Numbered from the stretch's first letter, positions 8,758 through 18,127 are shown. The stretch is DNA of 32,000 bases from Promethearchaeum syntrophicum (GCF_008000775.2 NZ_CP042905.2:3270001-3302000); one strand, 5' to 3'. Numbers and translations are program-made. The notes: generated from the sequence alone by a model not told the origin.

Positions 8758-10011
8758 TTACACTTGATTTGCTAAATCTTTTTCGTTTTCACTCCACTCA
8801 TATTTTGGGGAATTTTGGTATTCTGGATCAAACAAATGACATGAAACAAAATGATCTTCTTCAGAAAATAGCAACTTAGGAATGACTTTATCACAACATT
8901 CCATTCTATGATCACATCGAGGATGGAATCGGCAACCATCAGGGGGATAAATTAAGTTGGGTACCATTCCACGTATTGTAGTTAAATCCTTATCAAGGTT
9001 TTTTGATGAAGGGATTGCAGAAATAAGCCCATTCGTATAGGGATGTTTTGGATTTTCAAAAATTTTCCGAACTGGGCCATATTCAACAATTCTACCACTA
9101 TACATTACTGCAACTTTTTCACAAATTTCTGAAATTACTCCTAAATCATGGGTAATCATTAAAATTGATGTTGAAAATTCATCTTTTAACTTTTTCATTA
9201 ATCTGAGGATTTGTGCTTGAATTGTCACATCAAGTGCTGTCGTCGGTTCATCAGCGATCAACAATTTCGGATGACAAGAAAGACCCATTGCAATCATCAC
9301 ACGTTGTCTCATACCACCACTAAGTTCATGAGGATATCGTTTCGTAATTTCCCGAGAATCTGCAATACCAACTTTCTTCAGAATATCAGCAGATAAATCC
9401 AAAGCAATATCTTTGATATTTTTCTTTTTAATCTTTTTTCTTAAGATTCTTAGCTTTTTTCTATCCTTATGATTTTCTTCCAAACCTTTTTTCTTTTTCA
9501 GCTTCATTTCTTCTTTTAAAATTTTAATTTGTTCTTTAAAAGAGTCTTGTCCTTCCTTGTAGATAGCGCGAGATTCCTTTAGCTTTTGTTTTTGATGTAG
9601 AAGAATTGCTTCCGAAATTTGTTTTCCTACAGTAAAAACGGGATTTAAGGAATTTAAAGGATCTTGAAAAATCATGGTAATATCATCTCCGCGAATATCC
9701 CTCATTTCATTTTCAGTTAATTCCAAAATTTTTTTCCCTTCAAATTGAATTAAGCCACTTTTAATTTTTCCAGGATCCCGAACTAATCGAACTAAGGAAA
9801 GCGCAGTTACTGATTTCCCACAACCCGTTTCCCCAACTAATCCTAATGTTTCTTTATATCCAATATTAAAAGAAACGCCATCTACTGCTTTTACAACACC
9901 TTCTTCGGTATAGAAGTATGTATACAAATTTCTAACGCGTATTAGGCATTCTTCATTCTTGCTGTATTCTTCAAATGTGATTGATTCCATTTTTGTATTC
10001 ATTGTATTCAC
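8758..10011 (-). CDS. oligopeptide/dipeptide ABC transporter ATP-binding protein (OppD/DppD-like) with a Lys-rich insertion
   Basis: Walker A GETGCGKS, signature LSGGMRQR, Walker B LLIADEPTTALD, C-terminal GCRFHPRCDHRMECC. An extra K/E-rich segment of about 60 aa lies between the Q-loop region and the signature motif. Confidence 0.9.
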   Translation of the reverse strand: MNTMNTKMESITFEEYSKNEECLIRVRNLYTYFYTEEGVVKAVDGVSFNIGYKETLGLVGETGCGKSVTALSLVRLVRDPGKIKSGLIQFEGKKILELTENEMRDIRGDDITMIFQDPLNSLNPVFTVGKQISEAILLHQKQKLKESRAIYKEGQDSFKEQIKILKEEMKLKKKKGLEENHKDRKKLRILRKKIKKKNIKDIALDLSADILKKVGIADSREITKRYPHELSGGMRQRVMIAMGLSCHPKLLIADEPTTALDVTIQAQILRLMKKLKDEFSTSILMITHDLGVISEICEKVAVMYSGRIVEYGPVRKIFENPKHPYTNGLISAIPSSKNLDKDLTTIRGMVPNLIYPPDGCRFHPRCDHRMECCDKVIPKLLFSEEDHFVSCHLFDPEYQNSPKYEWSENEKDLANQV

Positions 10012-10021
10012 CCATTTTATT

Positions 10022-11092
10022 TTAAGTAACTTTCGTTTTTGGATCTAACGCGTCTCTTAATCCATCACCTACTAACATAAAGCCCAATACTGTAAAGAGT
10101 ACCATCATTCCAGGCCAAAATGATGCTTGAGGAGCATTATTTAAATAACTCCGACCTATATTAATGTCTAATCCCCATTCAATCAAAGTTTGATCTCCAA
10201 AACCTAAGAAACTTAATCCAGCGAGGGACAAAATTATCCCTCCTACATTAAATGTAAAAGTAATTAAAACCGGGGAAAAAACATTTGGAAGTATATGTTT
10301 AAACATAATACGACCATTTTTAGCGCCTATTACTTTAGCCGCTTCTACATAAGTTAACTCCTTTGCTTGTAGTACTTGACTCCTGGTTAGTCGGATGTAT
10401 ACCGGAATCCCAAGTATTCCAAAAGTAAGAGCGATAGCTGCTAATGGACCTATATCTAAGTTTTCCCTTAACCATCGATTATTTGTAAAAATATCAACTA
10501 CAATTAATGCTAAGATTAAACCTGGAAATGCTAGAAGCACATCTGTCATAAACATTATAATATTATCTACCCATCCACCAAAATAGGCCGCAATTATTCC
10601 AAAAATAACACCTAAGAAAACACTGACAAGAATAGAAGGAAGGGCAATAGTTAATGAGGTACGAGCTCCGAAAATGCAACGTCCTAAGATATCTCTGCCG
10701 AAATTTGTTGTCCCAAGAGGATGATCCGGAGAAGGGCCTTCCCAAGAACCCGTATTTATTCCTATTAAATCGTCAACATGGTAATCAGAGAGCCATGGAG
10801 CAAATACAGCAAAGCTAATTATAACAAATAAAATAAGAATTCCAAGTTTAGTCAATGGGTTGTTTAATCTTGCTAAAAATCTCCGTTGACTACGATCTTT
10901 TTCAAATTCGACAACACGAGCGGATAATTCTTCGTCCTTAAAACTCGGAATAAAAATAAATTTTAGGTTGTGAATTAACCAGACAAATAATTCTTTAAAT
11001 GTATATGCCATTCCAGAGAAAAACGAATATTCGACATTATCTTTTAATTTTAATTCTTTTTCAAATTCTGTTTCATTACTCATAATATTCAC
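10022..11092 (-). CDS. oligopeptide ABC transporter permease (OppC/DppC-like)
   Basis: Polytopic membrane protein with the binding-protein-dependent permease loop YVEAAKVIGAKNGRIMFKHILPN. Operon position after the OppB-like gene. Confidence 0.85.
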   Translation of the reverse strand: MNIMSNETEFEKELKLKDNVEYSFFSGMAYTFKELFVWLIHNLKFIFIPSFKDEELSARVVEFEKDRSQRRFLARLNNPLTKLGILILFVIISFAVFAPWLSDYHVDDLIGINTGSWEGPSPDHPLGTTNFGRDILGRCIFGARTSLTIALPSILVSVFLGVIFGIIAAYFGGWVDNIIMFMTDVLLAFPGLILALIVVDIFTNNRWLRENLDIGPLAAIALTFGILGIPVYIRLTRSQVLQAKELTYVEAAKVIGAKNGRIMFKHILPNVFSPVLITFTFNVGGIILSLAGLSFLGFGDQTLIEWGLDINIGRSYLNNAPQASFWPGMMVLFTVLGFMLVGDGLRDALDPKTKVT

Positions 11093-11115
11093 TTTTTTGT
11101 TCTTATTTTAAAAAA

Positions 11116-12141
11116 TTAATACCTAATCCTTGGATCTAGAAATGCATAAATTAAATCCGTTAATAAATTAATTACAACGAATAGAAGCGTTACAACGAAT
11201 ACAGATGCTTGTAATACCCAATAATCTCCCGTTCGTATTGCAGTAATTATTGTTTGACCCATTCCTACTAATTGAAAAGTAGTCTCTGTAAGAACTGCAC
11301 CAGAAATTAAAAAGGCAAAATTTAATCCAATTATCGTAACTGTTGGAATAAGAGCATTTCGTAAAGCATGTGAATTTATAACTACGAATTCTTTACAACC
11401 TTTTGCACGAGAAGTTCTAATATAATCTTGTTCTAATACCTCAAGCATGCTTGATCGAGTTTGACGAGTTACACTGGCAATTGTAATAAATGTTAGACAG
11501 AATACAGGCATAATAAGGTGAAGAGCGTAATCCCAAAATAAGTCCCAACGACCTTCAAGAATACTATCTAACCAAATAAAATTAGTTACTACTGTAGGAT
11601 TATCGAGTCCAGAAGATTTAAATCCTGTTCCTGGAAGTAGAGAAAACCCTGGAATCCCTCCAGCAAGTAAAAATCTGAGTAATAAACCCATCCAAAATAC
11701 TGGAATAGAAACGCCAACAAGTGCAATAAATCTCACAGTTGTATCTTTCCATTTATTCCGATTGGTGGAACTTATTATCCCTGATATGATACCAATGATT
11801 GATGATAAAATAACAGATGTAACTGTAATATCAAAGGTTCTGGGAAAACGCGTCCAAATTATCCCCCATACTGGTTGTCCTCTATCTACTCCCGATGAGG
11901 TACCCCAATTGCCTATGAAAAGATCTTTAATATACAATATATATTGTTGCCATAAAGGAAGATGTAAACCTAAAGATCGTTCAACAGAATCATATTGTGC
12001 TTGACTAAATTGTTGTGGTAAAAAAGCAATTACAGGATCATTAGGACCAAGTCTTGCTAAGAAAAACGTTAAAGTTAGAACAGCTAAAATCACCGGTATC
12101 ATTATTAGAAGTCTTTTCAATGTATATGAAAACATACTCAT
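11116..12141 (-). CDS. oligopeptide ABC transporter permease (OppB/DppB-like)
   Basis: Polytopic protein with YIRTSRAKGCKEFVVINSHALRNALIP permease loop and C-terminal LDPRIRY. GGAGGT SD sits inside the end of the upstream ORF. Confidence 0.85.
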   Translation of the reverse strand: MSMFSYTLKRLLIMIPVILAVLTLTFFLARLGPNDPVIAFLPQQFSQAQYDSVERSLGLHLPLWQQYILYIKDLFIGNWGTSSGVDRGQPVWGIIWTRFPRTFDITVTSVILSSIIGIISGIISSTNRNKWKDTTVRFIALVGVSIPVFWMGLLLRFLLAGGIPGFSLLPGTGFKSSGLDNPTVVTNFIWLDSILEGRWDLFWDYALHLIMPVFCLTFITIASVTRQTRSSMLEVLEQDYIRTSRAKGCKEFVVINSHALRNALIPTVTIIGLNFAFLISGAVLTETTFQLVGMGQTIITAIRTGDYWVLQASVFVVTLLFVVINLLTDLIYAFLDPRIRY

Positions 12142-12142
12142 A

Positions 12143-12727
12143 TTATTTTACCTCCTGTTTTGGTGGTTCATGTAAGTTATTATTAATGTGAATTTCATGC
12201 TTCTTCTTCAAATACTTCTGATATTCTTTCTTTACGGCACATCCCACAAAAGCACTAAAATAATAAAGAATAATTACTATAAGAATTGACAAATAACCCT
12301 CAAATCTACCTATTCCTTCCACTTTTATGAATCCAAAAAATATTGGGATTAAAGACAAATCAAATTCGACTGCCATCCAATGCCAGAAAAAAGATAAGAT
12401 AAAAGTGAATATAATTAAATAATGTGTATATCTAAGAGCATATTCATGAAAATTTTCACGAAATGCCATAAACGCGATTATTAAAAATACCAGTATTGTA
12501 GCAAGCCATGTTGATTTAGAGAAGAAAATTCGATTTAAAAATAATATTTCATAAGAGACAATTCCTTCTTCTGAGATGAATTCATTGTAAACAGAACATA
12601 TATACCCGAAGAATATGAAATAAATCCCCAGAAGACTTAAAATAAAATTACCTTGTTTAGTAATTTCCCTTTTTTCTCTATGTATGTTTTTTTTAATTTT
12701 TTTTTCTTCTTTTTCTTTTTTTTGCAT
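12143..12727 (-). CDS. unknown 4-TM membrane protein embedded in the opp operon
   Basis: The open frame runs to 12808, but the track start there is a TTG in low-complexity DNA. The first ATG (MQKKEKEEKK) is at 12727. It has a K/E-rich N-terminus followed by about four hydrophobic helices. Its stop is 1 nt from the OppB ATG and its last codons carry the OppB SD. I recognise no family. Confidence 0.55.
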   Translation of the reverse strand: MQKKEKEEKKIKKNIHREKREITKQGNFILSLLGIYFIFFGYICSVYNEFISEEGIVSYEILFLNRIFFSKSTWLATILVFLIIAFMAFRENFHEYALRYTHYLIIFTFILSFFWHWMAVEFDLSLIPIFFGFIKVEGIGRFEGYLSILIVIILYYFSAFVGCAVKKEYQKYLKKKHEIHINNNLHEPPKQEVK

Positions 12728-12892
12728 ATTGTTAGACTCCTGTTTTGATAAAAAATTCGATAATATTATTTCATTTTTTTTAGTTTTTGAGTTTTTTTTT
12801 TTGAGCAAATTTATAATGGATTTCTATGATATAGTTTTAAGACTTTTATTTTGGTTTATTCATAAATAATTGATATTATAATCATGATTAAT

Positions 12893-12903
12893 AAAAAAAA
12901 AAA
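12893..12903 (-). terminator. T11 tract on the transcribed strand 19 nt after the oppA stop (intra-operon terminator or attenuator candidate)
   Basis: A11 on the + strand at 12893-12903, which is T11 on the - strand. The oppA TAA is at 12923-12925. Confidence 0.4.
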
Positions 12904-12922
12904 TAAAGAAATTAAATTAAGA

Positions 12923-14731
12923 TTAATTTGATTTCTTCTTAATTGCTTTCACTAAGTATAAAGAAGCTGCCAATGAGAAGATTGCTATGAAAGTGACAGT
13001 ATATCCAGGAATTCCAATACCAGAACTAGGTTCGATAGGAATTGCCCATTGATCTTCTGGAACTGTACCAAATTCAACAGGTGCATAATATTCTTTACCC
13101 ATCGGATTGCTTGGATAACCTTTAACACCTCTGAAACAATCCCAGTTTTGAGTATTAACACCATATACCCATGGCATTTGTTCTTCAACTAGAATTCTTT
13201 GAATTTCAGCATACATTTCAGCTCGAACAGTTTGATTAATTTCAACCAATGCATCTGCTAACATTGCATCGATAGTTGCATTGCTAAATTGAGCTCCATT
13301 AGAACCACCACTTGTAGATAATAAAGGATCTAACCAGTTGCTAGGATCATTATAATCAGGAATCCATCCTACCCAGAATAATTCTAACATATCTCTCGTA
13401 TATCCCTCAATATCATATAATCGATAGAGGAAATCATCCCAAATCATACCAGCATCAGTCACAACAATACCGATTTCTTCAAGAGTGTCTTTTAATACGG
13501 GAAACAGATCGGCTCTAATTTGATTATCAGTATTATAGGTGTAATTGAATGTTAAGAAATCTCCTCTTCTCCAACTTGAATTATCATTGAGCTCTAAATC
13601 TTCACCATAACCAGCTGCTTGCATTTTCTCTCGAGCTTTAATAATATCTGTAGTTGCTTCTTGTGAGGAATAATCTGACATTAAAACACCTTTAGGTACT
13701 GGACTTTCTAATCTATCAGCATAACCATCATAAACTTCAGCAATAACATAGTCATAATCAAATGCATAGGAAATAGCCTGTCGAACATCTACTGGGATAA
13801 GTTTAGTATTCATTCCTAAATATGCGGTTCGTAAGTTGGAACCAGGATTAGTTACATTTATCCATGGATCTTCATAGAAATCCCATAAGTATTGAAATAA
13901 TGGATCAGGTTGAATGTGGTAATCACCAGCGGTTAAGCCTTGCATCAAAGTTGGACCATCAGAAACTAACTTATAAACTAGATTAGGAATCTTAGCAGCC
14001 CCTGCAGGGTTCCAATAATCTTCAAACGCAGTAAAAGTAACTTCTACATCAGCAGTAAATTCCCCATAGACATAAGGACCAGTCCCATAGATAGTTCCAT
14101 TTGCAGTTATTACATAGTCTTCGGCAGGAGTGCTGTGTGGAGATTGGATATAAGAAGATCCGAAGCACAATAAAGGTTGGAACGCAGCAAAAGGAGAATT
14201 TAAATGGAATGTTAGTGTTTTACCTACATCGTCGGCAACGGTATTATTAATGATCGGAGTTCCATCTGGAAATTCATATAGTGAACTAGTTTGGACTACA
14301 GCTAGGCCTTCAGTTAAGGTCCCGGTTATATTCATAAAGAAAGCTAACCGATCAAAGTTCCATTTGGCAGCACTTGCATTGAATGGCATCCCATCATGGA
14401 ATGTTACATTTTCTCTTATTGGAACTTCATAGGTTACATTATCTAACCATTCTCCATCAGCGCTTGCTAATACGGGTATAATTGCAAGATCAGGATCAGT
14501 CAAGTCGTATTGAAAAAGACCTTCGATACATTGATCGTAGGTAGCGGAAGAGGCACTATCCCAAGCAAAAACACAATCCAGATCGACGGGACCACGAGTT
14601 TGTCCTACGATTAATGTATCGTCTGTTTGTTGGGCTTTAGGTGCGGTAGCAGTAGCTTCTATAGAAAATAAAGATGGCGCTACTAATAAAACACCCAATA
14701 AAATAAAAATCATTGTTCTTTTTTTATTCAT
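12923..14731 (-). CDS. ABC transporter substrate-binding protein, family 5 (OppA/DppA-like), with N-terminal signal and C-terminal membrane anchor
   Basis: 602 aa. N-terminal MIFILLGVLLVAPSLFS. Family-5 SBP size and operon context. C-terminal hydrophobic helix plus basic tail GYTVTFIAIFSLAASLYLVKAIKKKSN. GGTGA SD before the ATG. Confidence 0.85.
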   Translation of the reverse strand: MNKKRTMIFILLGVLLVAPSLFSIEATATAPKAQQTDDTLIVGQTRGPVDLDCVFAWDSASSATYDQCIEGLFQYDLTDPDLAIIPVLASADGEWLDNVTYEVPIRENVTFHDGMPFNASAAKWNFDRLAFFMNITGTLTEGLAVVQTSSLYEFPDGTPIINNTVADDVGKTLTFHLNSPFAAFQPLLCFGSSYIQSPHSTPAEDYVITANGTIYGTGPYVYGEFTADVEVTFTAFEDYWNPAGAAKIPNLVYKLVSDGPTLMQGLTAGDYHIQPDPLFQYLWDFYEDPWINVTNPGSNLRTAYLGMNTKLIPVDVRQAISYAFDYDYVIAEVYDGYADRLESPVPKGVLMSDYSSQEATTDIIKAREKMQAAGYGEDLELNDNSSWRRGDFLTFNYTYNTDNQIRADLFPVLKDTLEEIGIVVTDAGMIWDDFLYRLYDIEGYTRDMLELFWVGWIPDYNDPSNWLDPLLSTSGGSNGAQFSNATIDAMLADALVEINQTVRAEMYAEIQRILVEEQMPWVYGVNTQNWDCFRGVKGYPSNPMGKEYYAPVEFGTVPEDQWAIPIEPSSGIGIPGYTVTFIAIFSLAASLYLVKAIKKKSN

Positions 14732-14910
14732 AATATATCACCAATTTTAAAAAAAAATTAATCTCTTTCTCGAACCAACTATTTTGATGAAATTTAAGAG
14801 TTGGCCCAATTTTGAAATTATTGATCATATTTAAATCTTTCGATCACATTTATGTTTTCTAATTTATTTTTAAATTTTTTGACCGATTGTGATTTCTTTT
14901 CATATTAATA

Positions 14911-14952
14911 TAAACGTTCGAAATTAAACGTTCGATTTTATACGTTAAATTA
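14911..14952. promoter_or_regulatory. three tandem 14-bp units (TAAACGTTCGAAAT / TAAACGTTCGATTT / TATACGTTAAATTA) in the divergent opp/hydrolase intergenic region; candidate operator
   Basis: Direct repeats read in the sequence. Each unit contains the palindromic cores AACGTT and/or TTCGAA. They lie about 180 bp from the oppA ATG and about 125 bp from the 15075 ATG. Confidence 0.3.
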
Positions 14953-15074
14953 ATATATTTAGATTAATAGAAAATATCATATTTAAAATTATTGATCAAA
15001 CATATATTTCATATCAATATTTTTATATCTGTCAGGTAAAAAAAGTAATTACATTGAAGGGATGATTATATAAT

Positions 15075-16964
15075 ATGCAAAAAATTGCAAGAAGTGATAA
15101 AATAAAGGTTGGAGCTTTTATAATTTGTTCAATAACTTTGTTTAGTTCTTTATTTTTCTCAAACCAAATATTAAACCAAAATCAAATTCAGGAAGAAGAG
15201 AATTTGGTTGCAATTTGGTCATTGTATGCAGTAACAGATGAAATTGAATCACCCTTTGATATTTGGGTTTCTAAACCGGCATTTTCAAATAAAACTAAAT
15301 TTCCTGTTTATATTCTCATTCATGGAGATATTTTAGGTCCAGAATCATTAAATGTTTTAACCCATGAATTAATTAGACAAGAATATATGGTTGTATCGAT
15401 AGGTATACAAGAATTTAGTGTGTATCCAACACTCATTCAGTTAAACGTAGCATTAAATTTTATTTTGGAACGAGATGATGTTAATACTGATCAAATCGGT
15501 ATTTTTGGGCATTCTAGAGGAAGTATTTTTGCTATACTTTTTGGAATTATGAGAGCCGATTACATTAAATCTGTTGTAAGTGGAAATTTTGCTAATTGGG
15601 ACTTGTATTACCAATATGCGAATTTTATGGCTTCGAAAACTAAAGATTTCAATTATATATTAGATTTTTCTATTCCTCACAATATATTATTCCTTCTTAA
15701 CTCAAAGGATAGAAAATTAGAACCGACGCCTACTCGATTTTTGGATGAAATGTTAAAGGAGAATTATACAGATGCTACGAAATTCTATGGTAATTTTTCG
15801 GAAGGAACGGCAAGACAATTCTTATATAGTAATTCATCTTTTGGTCATCTTTCATCATTATATGATGAAGAACAAATCAAAATTCTCATTAATTGGACAA
15901 ATAGTGCATTAAATTATGACTCCGGATTATCAGTTGGGGAAATTGATGTGTTAAGTATTAAAAATTATGTATCAATCAATTTCTTCTTTTTTGTCTTTGA
16001 TATTATACTCGTTTTTATAATCTCCTTTTTACTTATCAAAAGTATCATATTCCAAAATAAAAAAGTTTTACCTCTGCTAAGTAAACTAAAGAATAGTATT
16101 GTTCCTAGACCCGAACTGGAAAATGAAGGTATTATGTCAGAGAGAGATAAAGAAGATACTCTTAGATATTTGGATAGAATTCCTTTTGAAGTAAAATATG
16201 AAGAACATTCCCAAATTATTAAATCCTTCAATCAAAAGGACTTTAAAAAAAAAATTCTTATTTTCTTAGGTGTTATCTATTTGGCTTTTATTATAATAAA
16301 AATTCCAATAATTCCTATCCCTCAATCATTTTTAGTATCCAGTATAGTCCCATTATTCAGAATAAGATTATTCTCGAGATATATATATTACATTTTAGAT
16401 TTATTTTTTCCTTTTACTTATATTTGGTTTTGGTTGCTAATTTTTGCACTTTTAACTTGGAGTTTTTTAAGAAAGGAAAAATTAACCCGAATTGGTAAAT
16501 ATTCTGGTAATAATTATGTTTTGGGATTATTCAATGGACTTGAGATTTTTTTAATACTCGCTAGTCTGAATTTATTAATTTTGGATAGATTTTTTGGAGT
16601 TTCCTTTTCAGAATTCTTTCTTAGAAATGGGTTAAGCACATATTTGTTACTCTATCTAATTAATTTATTTGTTTTTGAATTTTTCTCAAGAATTATTAAG
16701 GAGGATAGTCTAAAATACTGGAAAATGGTCGGGATTCAATTTATTGTTTATTTCCCTATTATTTTTCCTGAAATCTTGAACCCCAGTCCAATTTTAGAGA
16801 TGTATTTTTGTATTATTCTTTTAATTTTTCTAAATCCTTGGCTTTATAAATTATTTAAAAATATAAAAGTAATCAGCTTATGCAATTATTTGTTGATGGT
16901 TTTTTTCTTTTCACTTTTCTATTTTGAAAATAGAGCAAGTTGGGAGGGAAAACTCTTCTATTAA
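15075..16964 (+). CDS. alpha/beta hydrolase domain (GHSRG nucleophile elbow) fused to a C-terminal polytopic membrane domain
   Basis: N-terminal signal-anchor VGAFIICSITLFSSLFFS. Hydrolase core FPVYILIHGD...IGIFGHSRGSIFAILFG. From about aa 300 there are eight or more hydrophobic helices. Confidence 0.75.
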   Translation: MQKIARSDKIKVGAFIICSITLFSSLFFSNQILNQNQIQEEENLVAIWSLYAVTDEIESPFDIWVSKPAFSNKTKFPVYILIHGDILGPESLNVLTHELIRQEYMVVSIGIQEFSVYPTLIQLNVALNFILERDDVNTDQIGIFGHSRGSIFAILFGIMRADYIKSVVSGNFANWDLYYQYANFMASKTKDFNYILDFSIPHNILFLLNSKDRKLEPTPTRFLDEMLKENYTDATKFYGNFSEGTARQFLYSNSSFGHLSSLYDEEQIKILINWTNSALNYDSGLSVGEIDVLSIKNYVSINFFFFVFDIILVFIISFLLIKSIIFQNKKVLPLLSKLKNSIVPRPELENEGIMSERDKEDTLRYLDRIPFEVKYEEHSQIIKSFNQKDFKKKILIFLGVIYLAFIIIKIPIIPIPQSFLVSSIVPLFRIRLFSRYIYYILDLFFPFTYIWFWLLIFALLTWSFLRKEKLTRIGKYSGNNYVLGLFNGLEIFLILASLNLLILDRFFGVSFSEFFLRNGLSTYLLLYLINLFVFEFFSRIIKEDSLKYWKMVGIQFIVYFPIIFPEILNPSPILEMYFCIILLIFLNPWLYKLFKNIKVISLCNYLLMVFFFSLFYFENRASWEGKLFY

Positions 16965-17072
16965 TTCACTTGAATCATAATATTAAACTAATTTTTTATT
17001 TTCCTATGGAGATTGTTGTTTCTAGTAATTGTTGAATAAAAGTTAAAATTTGAGGGAAGATGAATATTAAAC

Positions 17073-18032
17073 ATGTTCTTTGGAAGAAAATACGCAAAAA
17101 GTATGTCGAAAACAAGAATTATAAATAAGAAATCAGATGGTGGTCCAATGATATTTCTAATTGACATCTTCCAAAATGAAACCTTTCTTAATCCCATCTT
17201 ACCAATCCCTAGCAGAATAGATAAAATAATAAATGGGGATATTTCTGGTTTAATAACTCCATCCGAACCTATATCAATTAAGATCAATGAAATTGAATAT
17301 TCCTTTAATTATGAAAAACTTTACCAAAATATTGTTAAAAATTTGATTCATTATGCTCTTTCTAAGTTTAAAGAAGTTTCTTTTCAACCACTAAAAAAAA
17401 AAAAAATAGAGAATTGGTGGAACTTGCTAATCCAAAATGAGCATAAAATAAAGTCTTATGAGGAAGATTTATTCGTTATCCTACAATCTTATTTAGAAGC
17501 ATATAAATCATATAGATCTGGCTTGAAATTAGAAGAAGCATTATTACTATATTGTGATTCAATAATTACATATTGTAATAAAAAAATTGAGCAAAATGTG
17601 ATTAAATTTAATTCTCGAGGGAAAGAAAAACAATTCCCCATGTATAAAATGAATAGGGGTAAATTGTATCCAAATATTTGTGAATATGATATTCTTAATT
17701 ATCAAAAAAAACATATTTTTCAGAAAGCTTTCATTCCACTTCTTATTTATGATGATTTATTAGAATGTTTTTTATTCAATAAACAAATTTTGCAATTGAA
17801 ACTTAATCCTAATTTATCTTTTGAAGAAATTGGGTTTTCTAATCAAGCAGAATTAGAAGAACAATTAGATTTTCTAAATAATTCTAAGCTTATTAGTTTT
17901 GATTATCTAATAAATCAAGATTTATTAAAAAAAACAGAACAAAACCAAGATGACTCATCTAATAAAAAACAAATCTTCCTAAAAGATCTACTTGCAGACA
18001 TATCTGTCGATTCTATTATACAAAAAGAATAA
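17073..18032 (+). CDS. hypothetical protein (mostly helical; no family recognised)
   Basis: A 319-aa ORF in AT-rich DNA where long open frames are rare. The start is uncertain, with alternative ATGs at 17103 and 17148. Contains an A14 homopolymer at 17393-17406 encoding KKKK. Confidence 0.5.
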   Translation: MFFGRKYAKSMSKTRIINKKSDGGPMIFLIDIFQNETFLNPILPIPSRIDKIINGDISGLITPSEPISIKINEIEYSFNYEKLYQNIVKNLIHYALSKFKEVSFQPLKKKKIENWWNLLIQNEHKIKSYEEDLFVILQSYLEAYKSYRSGLKLEEALLLYCDSIITYCNKKIEQNVIKFNSRGKEKQFPMYKMNRGKLYPNICEYDILNYQKKHIFQKAFIPLLIYDDLLECFLFNKQILQLKLNPNLSFEEIGFSNQAELEEQLDFLNNSKLISFDYLINQDLLKKTEQNQDDSSNKKQIFLKDLLADISVDSIIQKE

Positions 18033-18104
18033 TTTATCAGTAATTTCTTCTTATTTGGAAATTCAATGAATTTATGAGTAGAAAATAGACTTTCAAATTT
18101 AAGA

Positions 18105-18127
18105 AGTAAATAATGAAAAAATATAGG
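18105..18127 (-). repeat. copy 2 of the 23-bp exact repeat in a gene 3' flank (terminator-like)
   Basis: Identical to 7698-7720. It lies 31 nt after the TAA (18159-18161) of the 244-aa gene, the same offset as copy 1. Confidence 0.4.

Noticed and set aside
3923-17007. A shared T-tract plus TCCTAT motif downstream of several genes (for example 3923-3928 and 17002-17007, and similar TTCTAT variants near 7190 and 28935) as a general terminator consensus.
   Set aside because: A 5-6-mer in AT-rich DNA is expected by chance at this frequency, and I cannot do the statistics by hand. Only the 23-bp exact repeat pair is reported as a finding.
16988-17287. 99-aa minus-strand ORF overlapping the 5' end of the 319-aa plus-strand gene. 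It is hydrophobic and could pass for a small membrane protein.
   Set aside because: The plus-strand frame continues for 319 codons and has no usable internal ATG until about residue 190, so its N-terminus must cover this interval. With no SD or family support for the minus ORF, I kept the plus-strand gene. This remains uncertain.
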